Shown: piece after piece, positions 44,111 to 58,251 of the stretch
How the letters are laid out: the number at the start of each line of letters is the position of its first letter
How positions within the stretch are numbered: position 1 is the stretch's first letter
Source of the DNA: Eledone cirrhosa
Lineage: Eukaryota
Reading direction: 5' to 3'
Length of the DNA stretch: 64,000 nucleotides
Assembly: GCA_964016885.1 (NCBI GenBank)
Contig: OZ024758.1
Span: 38,626,001-38,690,000, forward strand
Notes under the pieces: generated by a model
Database searches by the model: none
The model's input: the letters and a program-made list of their open reading frames with translations, nothing else
Told to the model about the DNA's origin: nothing
Made by a program: the position numbers and the translations under genes

Positions 44111-46455
44111 CCAAAATTAAAATTAAGGGTTGTCATGTCTGAGAGACATGCACCATGCGTAGAATAAGCTGAAAGATTAGATCCGAGCATTATATATCAA
44201 CTAGAAATAGATTGACATATATATATATATATAATAATAAATACATGAAACAATCACAGGGAATAATTTGTAAAGAATGTAGGCACACATAGCTAGGTAG
44301 GTAACTAATTAAAGCTTGACTAGAACTTCAAATATAGATACCTTTTAAAATGATTAATCTCCTTTGTATATATTTCTTTAAGTAAGAAATATATTTCACC
44401 TATTAATCCGTAAATCACAGCAGTTAAATTCTTGGATGTTCACCAAATGAGAAGAAAAATAACCATCTGCGTTTACACAGCAAATGCAAATCTGCGAATG
44501 ATATGAACCACGTGTTGCATTTTTTTAAAAATACACTCGTTGAACAACGTCATCCCAGTGGCCTGAATAGGACCATCGACAGCCAGAAATAGCCAGAAAT
44601 ATAAATATAAATATATATATATGTATATATAATATAAGATCAAAAGATGGTTAAAGGAGTTCCATGTATTTTATTATGCGCATTTCAAAAACAAACATCA
44701 TCATGCAATAATATTTGTGTTTTCATCAGATAAAACAGGAGAACATGATATGAAGGCTAAAAAAACACTTGTGGATAGTGCAGTTTTAAATTCGCATAAT
44801 AAAATACATGGAACTCCTTTAACCATCTTTTGATCTTATATTATGTATACTCCAGTCCTACAAACTGTAGAGTGCTTCTTATCCGATATCTGCATTGCTT
44901 TATTGTACTACAATAAAACTCACCTCCTACATTATATGTATATATATATATATATTCTCTTTTACTCTTTTAACGTGTTCCAGCGATCCAGTTGAGGCCA
45001 TGCTGGGGCATGCCCTTGTTACACATTCTTTCTCCAACCTGTGTTGGTTGGCCATTCGGCAAAGAGGGGGTTCAATGTTGCTGCCCTTAGGTTACCTTCG
45101 AACCATGCTGTGGGCTCATCCAGGATCCTGGTAACAGGGTGTCGAGATGTTCCTTGAAAACATCCACGTCCACACCATGCAGATCTCTCAAATTCCTTGG
45201 CAGCTTGTTGAAGAGGTGAAGGCCTTTGAACCCCAGGTTATTGTAATACCTGCTCCTTATTCTGTATATATTTATAAGTATATATCTATATATGTGTGTG
45301 TGTGTGTGTGTGGTAGGAAGTATGGTAAGGAACGAGGTGGACCATAACGCACCAGATCACGCGATACTTTGGTTAGTAGATATATATATATATGTGAGTG
45401 TGTGTTAAGCTATTCTATTAAATCTACCCCAGGATATCACTGGTACTATATTTTATCAACCCCTGAATTATGAAATCATTTCATTTTACGTCCCCTTTTC
45501 CCTGCTTGCAAGAGTGGGACAGGAACTGATTCTGGCTTGATTTCTACAGCTTGATGCCCTTCCTAAAACCAACCTCATTTACAGTGAGTGCTGGGTGATT
45601 TTTTGCCGTGGCACCTCTACGACCACTTTACAGTGGAATGATAGGGACTCCAGTCCCTATCATCTCATTTCTACAGCTGAGTAAACTGGAGCAATTTGAA
45701 ATAAAGTGTCTTGCTCAAGGAAACAACACATTACCCGGTCTGAGAATTGAACTCACAACCTTTCGATAAAGAATAATACAATTATAGAGATTATAAAAGA
45801 TTATAAAAGAATAATACGTATTATTCCTTTCGAATACAATAAAAGGCCTGCTGTTACAACTTTGGTATTTATTGAGGATATTGTGAATCGTTTAACCCTT
45901 TAGCATTTAAACCGGCCATATCCGGCCAGAAATCTCTCACTTTTTTCTGTTCAAACCGGCTGTAACTAGCCACTCATACTGACGTTAAGGTATTCTTCTG
46001 AAAATAAATACTATCAAAATCTCATAGATTCAATATTATGTGAGATAACTATATAAGATAAAGTGTTTACTGTGAAACTACAATAGTAAATATAGAGTAA
46101 TGTAAGTGCTAAAGGGTTAAATAACTTAAATTTACAACTTCAAGGTAAAACTCAGCTCGTAAATGAAATGTATAACCATATTGTTGCCTTTGAAAAAAAG
46201 CTACAGTTGTGGGAACATCAACTTTGAAATAAAAATTATGTGCATTTTCCATCATTTCAAGGAGGGAAATCACAGGATTCAGAGGTATTTGTGAATATAA
46301 TTCAAGATTTGAGAAATGAATAGTATAGTCAACACTCGAGATAAAAATTTTAGCTTGTGTAATTTTCCATAATTATTCTTTTATGGCGTTCGTCCGGCCC
46401 GTGGAGGCAAAGAAGTTGGCAATCCCTGATCTACACCAATGTTTTCCTGTTACAG

Positions 46456-46593
46456 TGTGCAGTAGTGGAAGACTTGGTGCCAACTGTGATCAGGTGTGTC
46501 ATTGTGAAGATAACAACAGGTGTAATGTGGAATTAGGGATCTGTTCAAGGGGTAGATGTGCTCCAGGTTATGAAGGAAACAGTTGTCAGAAAG
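46456..46593 (+). CDS. EGF-like exon A2 (identical copy of A1)
   Basis: Same 138 bp and splice sites as A1. Confidence 0.8.
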
Positions 46594-47974
46594 GTTAGTT
46601 ATTTTCATATCTCAGCTTTTATCTCTCACCAGTCCAGGTACTTTATTTTATCAACCCCAGTACGTTACTGGTACTTTATTTTATCAACCCCAGTACATTA
46701 CTGGTACTTTATTTTATCAACCCCAGTACATTACTGGTACTTTATTTTATCAACCCCAGTATGTTACTGGTACTTTACTTTATCAACCCAGTACGTTACT
46801 GGTACTTTATTTTATCAATCCCAGTACATTACTGGTACTTTATTTTATCAACCTCAGTACGTTACTGGTACTTTACTTTATCAACCCCAGTACATTACTG
46901 GTACTTTATTTTATCAACCCCAGTACGTTACTGGTACTTTACTTTATCAACCCCAGTACGTTACTGGTACTTTACTTTATCAACCCCAGTACATTACTGG
47001 TACTTTACTTTATCAACCCCAGTACGTTACTAGTACTTTATTTTATCAACTGCAGTACATTACTGGTACTTTACTTTATCAACCCCAGTACGTTACTGGT
47101 ACTTTATTTTATCAAACCCAGTACATTACTGGTACTTTACTTTATCAACCCTAGTACATTACTGGTACTTTACTTTATCAACCCCAGTATGTTACTGGTA
47201 CTTTACTTGATCAACCCCAGTACATTACTGGTACTTTACTTTATCAACGCCAGTACATTACTGGTACTTTATTTTATCAACCCCAGTACATTACTGATAC
47301 TTTACTTTATCAACCCCAGTACATTACTGGTACTTTATTTTATCAAACCCAGTACATTACTGGTACTTTACTTTATCAACCCCAGTACATTACTGGTACT
47401 TAACTTTATCAACACCAGTACGTTACTGGTACTTTATTTTATCAAACCCAGTACATTACTGGTACTTTACTTTATCAACCCCAGTACTTTACTGGTACTT
47501 TATTTTATCAACCCCAGTACATTACTGGTACTTTACTTTATCAACCCTAGTACATTACTGGTACTTTACTTTATCAACCCCAGTACATTACTGGTACTTT
47601 ACTTTATCAACCCCAGTACGTTACTAGTACTTTATTTTATCAACTGCAGTACATTACTGGTACTTTACTTTATCAACCCCAGTACGTTACTGGTACTTTA
47701 CTTTATCAACCCCAGTACATTACTGGTACTTTACTTTATCAACCCCAGTACATTACTGGTACTTTACTTTATCAACCCCAGTATGTTACTGGTACTTTAC
47801 TTGATCAACCCCAGTACATTACTGGTACTTTACTTTATCAACGCCAGTACATTACTGGTACTTTATTTTATCAACCCCAGTACATTACTGATACTTTACT
47901 TTATCAACCCCAGTACGTTACTGGTACTTTACTTTATCAACCCCAGTACGTTACTGGTACTTTATCAACCCTGT

Positions 47975-50335
47975 TAGGATGAAAGCCAGAGCTATAACTT
48001 CAGTAGGATTTGAACCCAGTTACGGCCCTTTACGTTCTGAGTTCAAATCCCATCAAGGTAAGCTTTGCCTTTCATCCTGACTGGGTTGATAAAATAAAGT
48101 ACCAGTAACACACTGGGGTCAATCAACACCCCTTCCCCAAATGTGTTGGCCTTGCATCTAAATCAGAAACCATTAAAATAATCTCTAAATTTCTAGTCAA
48201 CAATCAATATTATTAGTTAGTAATATTAGTTAATAATTGTTTCTACGTTAGGCACAAGGCCAGCAATTACCCCAGTGTATTACTGCTACTTTATTTTATC
48301 GACCCTGTAAGGATGAAAGGCAAAGTTAACCTCGGTGGGATTTGAACTCAGAATGGCAAGGGCCGTAAGTCTATGCATCAAAGCATGGCGTCCCACCCTC
48401 CAGTGATACTGCCAATCCACTGCCATTAATATTATTATTGACTAAAAATATTAACTAATAATATTAACTAATTATATTAACTAATAATATTAACTATTTA
48501 TATTGACTAATAATATTAACTAATAATATTAACTAATAATATTAACTAATTATATTAACTAATAACATTAACTAATTATATTAACTAATAATATTAACTA
48601 ATAATATTTACTAATTATATAACTCTATGCATCAAAGCATGGCGTCCGACGCTCCACCGATACTGCCAATCCACCGAATAATATTAACTAATTCAAATCC
48701 CGCCGAGGTTAACTTTGCCTTTCATCCTTACGGGGTTGATAAAATAAAGTACCAGTAATACACTGGAGTAATTGCTGGCCTTGTGCCTAACGTAGAAATT
48801 ATTTAAATTATTAGTGAATATTATTAGTGAATATTAATAGTTAATACTATCAGTGGATTGGCAGTATCAGTAGAGGGTCGGACGCCATGCTTTCCAGCAT
48901 AGTTACGTCCCTTTACGATCTGAGTTCAAATCCCGCCGAGGTTGACTTTGCCTTTCATCCTTACGGGGTCGATAAAATAAAGTACCAGTAATGCACTGGG
49001 TAATTGCTGGCCTTGTGCCTAAAGTAGAAACAATTATTAGTTAATATAATTAGTTGATAATATTAGTTAATATTATTAGTTAATATTATTAGTTGATAAT
49101 ATTAGTTCATATAATTAGTTTGGATTGGCAGTATCGGTAGAGGGTCTGACGCCATGCTTTGCAGCAAAGAGTTACGCCCCTTTATGGTTTGAGTTCAAAT
49201 CCCGCCGAGGTTAACTTTGCCTTTCATCCTTACGGGGTCGATAAAATAAAGTACCAGTAATGTACTGGATAATTGCTGGCCTTGTGCCAAAAGTAGAAAC
49301 AATTATTAGTTAATATAATTAGTTAATATTATTAGTTAATATTATTAGTTCATAATATTAGTTAATATTATTAGTTATTATAATTAGTGAATATTATTAG
49401 TTGATAATATTAGTTAATATTATTAGTTAATATAATTAGTTAATATTATTAGTTGATAATAATAGTTAACATTATTAGTTAATATAATTAGTTAATATTA
49501 TTAGTTAATATTATTAGTTGATAATATAAGGGCGGTGGATTGGCAGTATCGGTGGAGGGTCGGACGCCATGCTTTCCAGCACGTCCCTTTACGATCTGAG
49601 TTCAAATCCCGCCGAGGTTGACTTTGCCTTTCATCCTTACGGGGTCGATAAAATAAAGTACCAGTAATGAACTGGGTAATTGCTGGCTTTGTGCCTAAAG
49701 TAGAAACAATTATTAGTTGATATAATTAGTTAATATTATTAGTTAATATTATTAGTTAATATAATTAGTTAATATTATTAGTTGATAATATTAGTTAATA
49801 TTATTAGTTAACATTATTAGTTAATATTATTAGTTAATATTATTAGTCAACATAATTAGTTAATATTATTAGTCAATATAATTAGTTAATATAATTAGTG
49901 AATATTACTAGTTGATAATATTAGTTAATATAATTAGTTAATATAATTAGTCAATATAATTAGTTAATGAGGTTAACTTTGCCTTTCATCCTTACGGGGT
50001 CGATAAAATAAAGTACCAGTAATGTACTGGGTAATTGCTGGCCTTGTGCCTAACGTAGAAATTATTATTAGTTCATATAATTAGTTACTATTATTAGTAA
50101 ATATAATTAGTCAATATAATTAGTAAATATAATTAGTCAATATAATTAGTAAATATAATTAGTCAATATAATTAGTCAATATAATTAGTCAATATACTTA
50201 GTCAATATAATTAGTCAATATAATTAGTCAATATTATTAGTCAATATTATTAGTCAATATTATTAGTAAATATAATTAGTCAATATTATTAGTCAATATT
50301 ATTCGTAAATATAATTAGTCAATATAATTAGAAAC
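47975..50335. mobile_element. Expanded SINE / 13-bp-repeat array
   Basis: Additional near-full SINE copies at ~48853-49030, ~49121-49300 and ~49530-49710 that unit 1 lacks. Confidence 0.85.
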
Positions 50336-50680
50336 AATTATATTTTATCAACCCCAGAATGTTGGTTGTGTGGGTTTTTTATTTCTGTATGAAGTTCAGA
50401 CAGTCAGCCATACAGACACATGATATGAGTGTGCAACATCGTAGCTATGTTTCTGTCAGTTGAAAGCAAGTCTTTTTATTAACTTTTAGAGAGAGTCACA
50501 CCCAGTTAAATTACATGACCTTAGGTAAGTGTATGGGAGAGACAGGAGGAGAGATAGAGAGAGAGAGGGGGGAGTGAGAGAGAAAGAGAGAGAGAGAAAG
50601 AGAGGGATATCGAGAGAGGGAGATAAAGAGATGTGAGAGACAGAGATAGAAAGTAAAATGTAGTAGTAATTCTAATGTTG

Positions 50681-50719
<39 letters not shown>

Positions 50720-50859
50720 GAGGTTATATTTAATTTGTTGGGATTTAATAAGCCTAAACATTTTTATAACTGATATAAAGCACTCAACAGTTTGCCTTGG
50801 TTGCCCTTGAAATATGTATAATAAAATAAATATGGTTTTATAAATATAGTTTCCATTTA

Positions 50860-50912
<53 letters not shown>

Positions 50913-51023
50913 AGGAAAAGAGTCAGGACCCCAACTGCTGATCTCTGGCCGGAGCTCAGCCGTTGGGTTCCTGGCTCTTTTTTTATTACCCACTCTTCTA
51001 CCCTAAGTATTGAGTACTCTGAG

Positions 51024-51080
<57 letters not shown>

Positions 51081-51082
51081 CA

Positions 51083-51115
<33 letters not shown>

Positions 51116-53120
51116 CCAAAATTAAAATTAAGGGTTGTCATGTCTGAGAGACATGCGCCATGCGTAGAATAAGCTGAAAGATTAGATCCGAGCATTACAT
51201 ATCAACTAGAAATAGATTGACATATATATATATATATATATATATAATAAATACATGAAACAATCACAGGGAATAATTTGTAAAGAATGTAGGCACACAT
51301 AGCTAGGTAGGTAACTAATTAAAGCTTGACTAGAACTTCAAATATAGATACCTTTTAAAATGATTAATCTCCTTTGTATATATTTCTTTAAGTAAGAAAT
51401 ATATTTCACCTATTAATCCGTAAATCACAGCAGTTAAATTCTTGGATGTTCACCAAATGAGAAGAAAAATAACCATCTGCGTTTACACAGCAAATGCATA
51501 TCTGCGAATGATTTGAACCACGTGTTGCATTTTTTAAAAAATACACTCGTTGAACAACGTCATCTCAGTGGCCTGAATAGGACCATCGACAGCCAGAAAT
51601 AGCCAGAAATATAAATATAAATATATATATATGTTTATATATACTCTTTTACTCTTTTAACGTGTTCCAGCAATCCAGTTGAGGCCATGCTGGGGCATGC
51701 CCTTGTTACACATTCTTTCTCCAACCTGGCCATTTGGCAAAGAGGGGGTTCGTTGTTGCTGCCCTTAGGTTACCTTCGAGCCATGCTGTGGGCTCATCCA
51801 GGATCCTGGTAACAGGGTGTCGAGATGTTCCTTGAAAACATCCACGTCCACACCATGCAGATCTCTCAAATTCCTTGGCAGCTTGTTGAAGAGGTGAGGG
51901 CCTTTGAACCCCAGGTTATTGTAATACCTGCTCCTTATTCTGTATATATTTATAAGTATATATCTATATATGTGTGTGTGTGTGTGTGGTAGGAAGTATG
52001 GTAAGGAACGAGGTGGGCCATAACGCACCAGATCACGCGATACTTTGGTTAGTAGATATATATATATATGTGAGTGTGTGTTAAGCTATTCTATTAAATC
52101 TACCCCAGGATATCACTGGTACTATATTTTATCAACCCCTGAATTATGAAATCATTTCATTTTACGTCCCCTTTTCCCTGCTTGCAAAAGTGGGACAGGA
52201 ACTGATTCTGGCTTGATTTCTACAGCTTGATGCCCTTCCTAAAACCAACCTCATTTACAGTGAGTGCTGGGTGATTTTTTGCCGTGGCACCTCTACGACC
52301 ACTTTACAGTGGAATGATAGGGACTCCAGTCATCTCATACAGCTGAGTAAACTGGAGCAATTTGAAATAAAGTGTCTTGCTCAAGGAAACAACACATTAA
52401 CCGGTCGGAGAATTGAACTCACAACCTTTCGATAAAGAATAATACAATTATAGAGATTATAAAAGATTATAAAAGAATAATACGTATTATTCCTTTCGAA
52501 TACAATAAAAGGCCTGCTGTTACAACTTTGGTATTTATTGAGGATATTGTGACTCGTTTAACCCTTTAGCATTTAAACCGGCCATATCCGGCCAGAAATC
52601 TCTCACTTTTTTCTGTTCAAACCGGCTGTAACTAGCCACTCATACTGACGTTAAGGTATTCTTCTCAAAATAAATATTATCAAAATCTCATAGATTCAAT
52701 ATTATGTGAGATAACTATATAAGATAAAGTGTTTACTGTGACATTACAATAGTAAATATAGAGTAATGTAAGTGCTAAAGGGTTAAATAACTTAAATTTA
52801 CAACTTCAAGGTAAAACTCAGCTCGTAAATGAAATGTATAACCATATTGTTGCCTTTGAAAAAAAGCTACAGTTGTGGGAACATCAACTTTGAAATAAAA
52901 ATTATGTGCATTTTCCATCATTTCAAGGAGGGAAATCACAGGATTCAGAGGTATTTGTGAATATAATTCAAGATTTGAGAAATGAATAGTATAGTCAACA
53001 CTCGAGATTAAATTTTAGCTTGTGTAATTTTCCATAATTATTCTTTTATGGCGTTCGTCCGGCCCGTGGAGGCAAAGAAGTTGGCAATCCCTGATCTACA
53101 CCAATGTTTTCCTGTTACAG

Positions 53121-53258
53121 TGTGCAGTAGTGGAAGACTTGGTGCCAACTGTGATCAGGTGTGTCATTGTGAAGATAACAACAGGTGTAATGTGGAATTA
53201 GGGATCTGTTCAAGGGGTAGATGTGCTCCAGGTTATGAAGGAAACAGTTGTCAGAAAG
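53121..53258 (+). CDS. EGF-like exon A3 (identical copy of A1)
   Basis: Same 138 bp and splice sites as A1. Confidence 0.82.
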
Positions 53259-53699
53259 GTTAGTTATTTTCATATCTCAGCTTTTATCTCTCACCAGTCC
53301 AGGTACTTTATTTTATCAACCCCAGTACATTACTGGTAGTTTACTTTATCAATCCCAGTACGTTACTGGTACTTTACTTTATCAACCCCAGTACGTTACT
53401 GGTACTTTACTTTATCAACCCCAGTACATTACTGGTACTTTACTTTATCAACCCCAGTATGTTACTGGTACTTTACTTTATCAACCCAGTACGTTACTGG
53501 TACTTTACTTTATCAACCTTGTTAGGATGAAAGCCAGAGCTATAACTTCAGTAGGATTTGAACCCAGTTACGTCCCTTTACGATCTGAGTTCAAATCCCG
53601 CCGAGGTTGACTTTGCCTTTCATCCTTACGGGGTCGATAAAATAAAGTACCAGTAATGTACTGTGTAATTGCTGGCCTTGTGCCTTACGTAGAAACAAT

Positions 53700-54135
53700 T
53701 ATTAGTTCATATAATTAGTCAATATTATTAGTCAATATAATTAGTCAATATAATTAGTCAATATAATTAGTCAATATTATTAGTCAATATAATTAGTCAA
53801 TATAATTAGTCAATATTATTAGTCAATATAATTAGTCAATATAATTAGTCAATATTATTAGTCAATATAATTAGTCAATATAATTAGTCAATATTATTAG
53901 TCAATATAATTAGTCAATATAATTAGTCAATATAATTAGTCAATATAATTAGTCAATATAATTAGTTAATATAATTAGTCTATATAATTAGTTAATATAA
54001 TTAGTCAATATAATTAGTCAATATAATTAGTCTATATAATTAGTTAATATAATTAGTCTATATAATTAGTCAATATAATTAGTCAATATAATTAGTCAAT
54101 ATAATTAGTTAATATAATTAGTTAATATTACTCAT
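53700..54135. repeat. 13-bp AT-rich tandem repeat following a SINE tail
   Basis: (TAGTCAATATAAT)n. Confidence 0.93.
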
Positions 54136-54214
54136 AAATATTACTAGTAGAGTGGTAGTTATAATAGTTAGTATAATGAATGGTGTAGTGGTAGTTAGTA
54201 GAGCGGTAGAGTGG

Positions 54215-55716
54215 AGTGAAGCACGTGGCTTCGTAGTTAGGGTATTCGGCTTAAGATTGTCAGGTCACGAGTTCAATTCCCAGCAGTACATTGTGTCCTT
54301 GAGCAAGACACTTTATTTCATGTTGCTCCAGTCCACTGTGTCCTTGAGCAAGACACTTTATTTCATGTTGCTCCAGTCCACTGTGTCCTTGAGCAAGACA
54401 CTTTATTTCATGTTGCTCCAGTCCACTGTGTCCTTGAGCAAGACACTTTATTTCATGTTGCTCCAGTCCACTGTGTCCTTGAGCAAGACACTTTATTTCA
54501 TGTTGCTCCAGTCCACTGTGTCCTTGAGCAAGACACCTTATTTCATGTTGCTCCAGTCCACTGTGTCCTTGAGCAAGACACCTTATTTCATGTTGCTCCA
54601 GTCCACTGTGTCCTTGAGCAAGACACTTTATTTCATGTTGCTCCAGTCCACTGTGTCCTTGAGCAAGACACTTTATTTCATGTTGCTCCAGTCCACTGTG
54701 TCCTTGAGCAAGACACTTTATTTCATGTTGCTCCAGTCCACTGTGTCCTTGAGCAAGACACTTTATTTCATGTTGCTCCAGTCCACTGTGTCCTTGAGCA
54801 AGACACCTTATTTCATGTTGCTCCAGTCCACTGTGTCCTTGAGCAAGACACTTTATTTCACGTTGCTCCAGTCCACTGTGTCCTTGAGCAAGACACTTTA
54901 TTTCATGTTGCTCCAGTCCACTGTGTCCTTGAGCAAGACACTTTATTTCATGTTGCTCCAGTCCACTGTGTCCTTGAGCAAGACACTTTATTTCATGTTG
55001 CTCCAGTCCACTGTGTCCTTGAGCAAGACACTTTATTTCATGTTGCTCCAGTCCACTGTGTCCTTGAGCAAGACACTTTATTTCATGTTGCTCCAGTCCA
55101 CTGTGTCCTTGAGCAAGACACTTTATTTCATGTTGCTCTAGTCCACTGTGTCCTTGAGCAAGACACTTTATTTCATGTTGCTCCAGTCCACTGTGTCCTT
55201 GAGCAAGACACTTTATTTCATGTTGCTCCAGTCCACTGTGTCCTTGAGCAAGACACCTTATTTCATGTTGCTCCAGTCCAGTGTCCTTGAGCAAGACACT
55301 TTATTTCATGTTGCTCCAGTCCACTGTGTCCTTGAGCAAGACACTTTATTTCATGTTGCTCCAGTCCACTGTGTCCTTGAGCAAGACACTTTATTTCATG
55401 TTGCTCCAGTCCACTGTGTCCTTGAGCAAGACACTTTATTTCATGTTGCTCCAGTCCACTGTGTCCTTGAGCAAGACACTTTATTTCATGTTGCTCCAGT
55501 CCAGTCAGCTGGCAAAAATGAACTGTACCTGTAATTCGAAATGCTAGCCTTGTCACATATTGTGTCTTGCTGAATCTCCCTGAGAACTATATTATGGGTA
55601 CGCGTGTTTGTGGAATACTCAGCCACTTGCATGTAAATTTCACGAGCAGGCTGTACTGTTGATTGTATCAGTTGGAACACTCATCGTAACCGATGGAGTG
55701 CCACTACTACTACTAC
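54215..55716 (+). mobile_element. tRNA-derived SINE (family 2) with a 45-bp internal segment amplified ~27 times (54291-55500)
   Basis: Head GTGGCTTCGTAGTTAGGG..GAGTTCAATTCC; unit TGTGTCCTTGAGCAAGACACTTTATTTCATGTTGCTCCAGTCCAC; unique 3' body ending in (CTA)n. Confidence 0.87.
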
Positions 55717-56490
55717 AGAGTGGTAGTTATAATAGTATAGTGAATGGTATAGTGGTAGTTAGTAGCGTACTAGTTACAATAGTTAGTATAGTGAATGATG
55801 TAGTGGTAGTTAGTAGAGTACTAGTTACAATAGTTAGTATAGTGATTGGTATAGTGGTAGTTAGTAGAGTACTAGTTACAATAGTTAGTATAGTGAATGA
55901 TGTAGTGGTAGTTAGTAGAGTACTAGTTACAATAGTTAGTATAGTGAATGATGTAGTGGTAGTTAGTAGAGTACTAGTTACAATAGTTAGTATAGTGAAT
56001 GGTATAGTGGTAGTTAGTAGAGTACTAGTTACAATAGTTAGTATAGTGAATGGTATAGTGGTAGTTAGTAGAGTACTAGTTACAATAGTTAGTATAGTGA
56101 ATGATGTAGTGGTAGTTAGTAGAGTACTAGTTACAATAGTTAGTATAGTGAATGGTATAGTGGTAGTTAGTAGAGTACTAGTTACAATAGTTAGTATAGT
56201 GAATGATGTAGTGGTAGTTAGTAGAGTACTAGTTACAATAGTTAGTATAGTGAATGGTATAGTGGTAGTTAGTAGAGTACTAGTTACAATAGTTAGTATA
56301 GTGAATGATGTAGTGGTAGTTAATAGAGTACTAGTTACAATAGTTAGTATAGTGAATGGTATAGTGGTAGTTAGTAGAGTACTAGTTACAATAGTTAGTA
56401 TAGTGAATGATGTAGTAGTAGTTAGTAGAGTACTAGTTACAATAGTTAGTATAGTGGTAGTTAGTAGAGTACTAGTTACAATAGTACAGT
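55717..56490. repeat. 54-bp minisatellite (~14 units); a related unit lies before the SINE at 54148-54205
   Basis: Unit TAGTGGTAGTTAGTAGAGTACTAGTTACAATAGTTAGTATAGTGAATG(G/A)T(A/G). Confidence 0.95.
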
Positions 56491-56556
56491 GACTAGAAAC
56501 GTGGAACAGCCGTGACTTCTTCAGAATTTGTTTATCTATTTTTTTTGTATGTTTAG

Positions 56557-56694
56557 TTTGTGATATTGGTAAATTTGGACCCAACTGCGAAAGCATCTGT
56601 CACTGTACTGACAACAACAGGTGTAACAAACAGACAGGTGTGTATTTTAGTGGCGGATGTGCTGCTGGTTATGAAGGTAGCAACTGTCAGACAG
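56557..56694 (+). CDS. EGF-like exon B
   Basis: 138 bp, tttag / gtaagt. CDIGKFGPNCESICHCTDNNRCNKQTGVYFSGGCAAGYEGSNCQT; the sixth Cys is replaced by Tyr. Confidence 0.85.
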
Positions 56695-57141
56695 GTAAGT
56701 GGTGTAGTATAGCTTTGTTTGTAACTTAATATATTGAAACAAGATGACAGTAGGTGTAACACAGAGACAGATGTAACACAGAGACAGGTGTAACACAGAG
56801 ACAGGTGTGTGTTATAGTAGAATGTGTGGTGCTGATTATAAAGGTATCAACTGTCAGACAGGTATGTGTTCCAGCGGAAGATGTGGTGCTGGTTGTGGAA
56901 GTAGCAACTGTCAGACAGGTGTGTGTTCCAATGGAGGGTGTGGTGCTGGTTATAAAGGTAGCATCTGTTCCATCTCAATGCATCAGAACAGCATGAAATT
57001 TGAAGAGTCTGGTGTTATGACTCTCAGCAAGGTGTCTCCATCAACCTCAATGTGTCAGACACACCATTCATCTTCTCTTTTAAGCCATATATATATATCT
57101 CTATATATATATGTAATCTGAGTTTTTCGAATATTAATAAT

Positions 57142-57326
57142 TGTTTCTACTTTTGGCACAAGGCCAGCAATTACCCAGTGTATTACTGGTACTTTATTTT
57201 ATCGACCCCATAAGGATGAAAGGCAAAGTTAACCTCAGCGGGATTTGAACTCAGAATAGCAAGGGCCGTAACTTTATGCGTCAAAGCATGGTCCGACCCT
57301 CTACCGATACTGCCAATCTACCGCCC
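57142..57326 (-). mobile_element. Family-1 SINE, full length with an 18-bp TSD
   Basis: TTTTCGAATATTAATAAT at 57124-57141 and 57327-57344. Confidence 0.92.
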
Positions 57327-58051
57327 TTTTCGAATATTAATAATAGCATTCGATTCGTCTGCAATTATGCAAACAAGCCTCAATTTTAAAGCCATGTCAA
57401 TAGAATGAACCCATCATTCTTGCTCTTGTGTTGGCATGTAAACAGAATTGCAGACACTAACTTTTCTGGGTATCAGCCTTCATCAGTACAGCTCACTCTT
57501 CACCTGCCAACTGTCAGAGCTAGTGAAAATATATACTATTTTCTAAAATATACAGTGGCTGATCGGCCTGATTTCCATATTAGCAGACTGGCTGATCAGT
57601 CAGATCTGCATATTAGCAGATCCACTGATCAGCCAGATTTGTATATCAGCAGACTGGCCAGTCAGTTTCCTGTATACGAGGAATAAATGACCGGCTTTGC
57701 CACATTCAAATAAAATAAAATTTCCACTCTACATGGCTGAATACAATAAATGTAATCTGAGGAGATGACGAAGGACCGTGACAAGTGGAGAGATGCTGCG
57801 CTGAATAGAACCCGTCCAACCCTTGCAAGCAGGGAAAGGCGGACGTAAAATGATGATGATGATGATGATGATTGTGTGTAAACAGAGATAACAACACAAT
57901 CGGTACAGTATATGGAAAGAAAATATTAGGTTAACACTTGAAATAGCAACAAGAGGGTTTTAAGGTTTTGGACGCTAGTCCTTCATCAGAAGAAAGAATG
58001 AGAAATTAGAAAGATTGAAGGGACAGGCAGGGTGGAATCAGAAAAAAAAAA

Positions 58052-58088
<37 letters not shown>

Positions 58089-58251
58089 TATATTTATATA
58101 TATATATATTTAAGAAAATCAACAAAGAAAAGAGAAGACAGCGAACGAAAACAAAACAAAACAAAAAAACAATTTTTAAAAAGGAAACCGTTAAACCATA
58201 AAGCTACAAAAAACATACAATTTTGTGTGACATTAGTGAAAAAAATATATA

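Larger units (their letters stand above)
38400..54135 (+). repeat. Tandem segmental triplication (units start at ~38400, ~43759 and ~50720)
   Basis: Near-identical unique sequence in three copies; the EGF exons are offset by 5339 and 6665 bp. Length differences come from minisatellites, SINE arrays and one insertion. Confidence 0.95.

Noticed and set aside
41244-47977. 237-aa and 464-aa repeat ORFs after exon A
   Set aside because: They are the SINE-derived 33-bp VNTR inside an intron.
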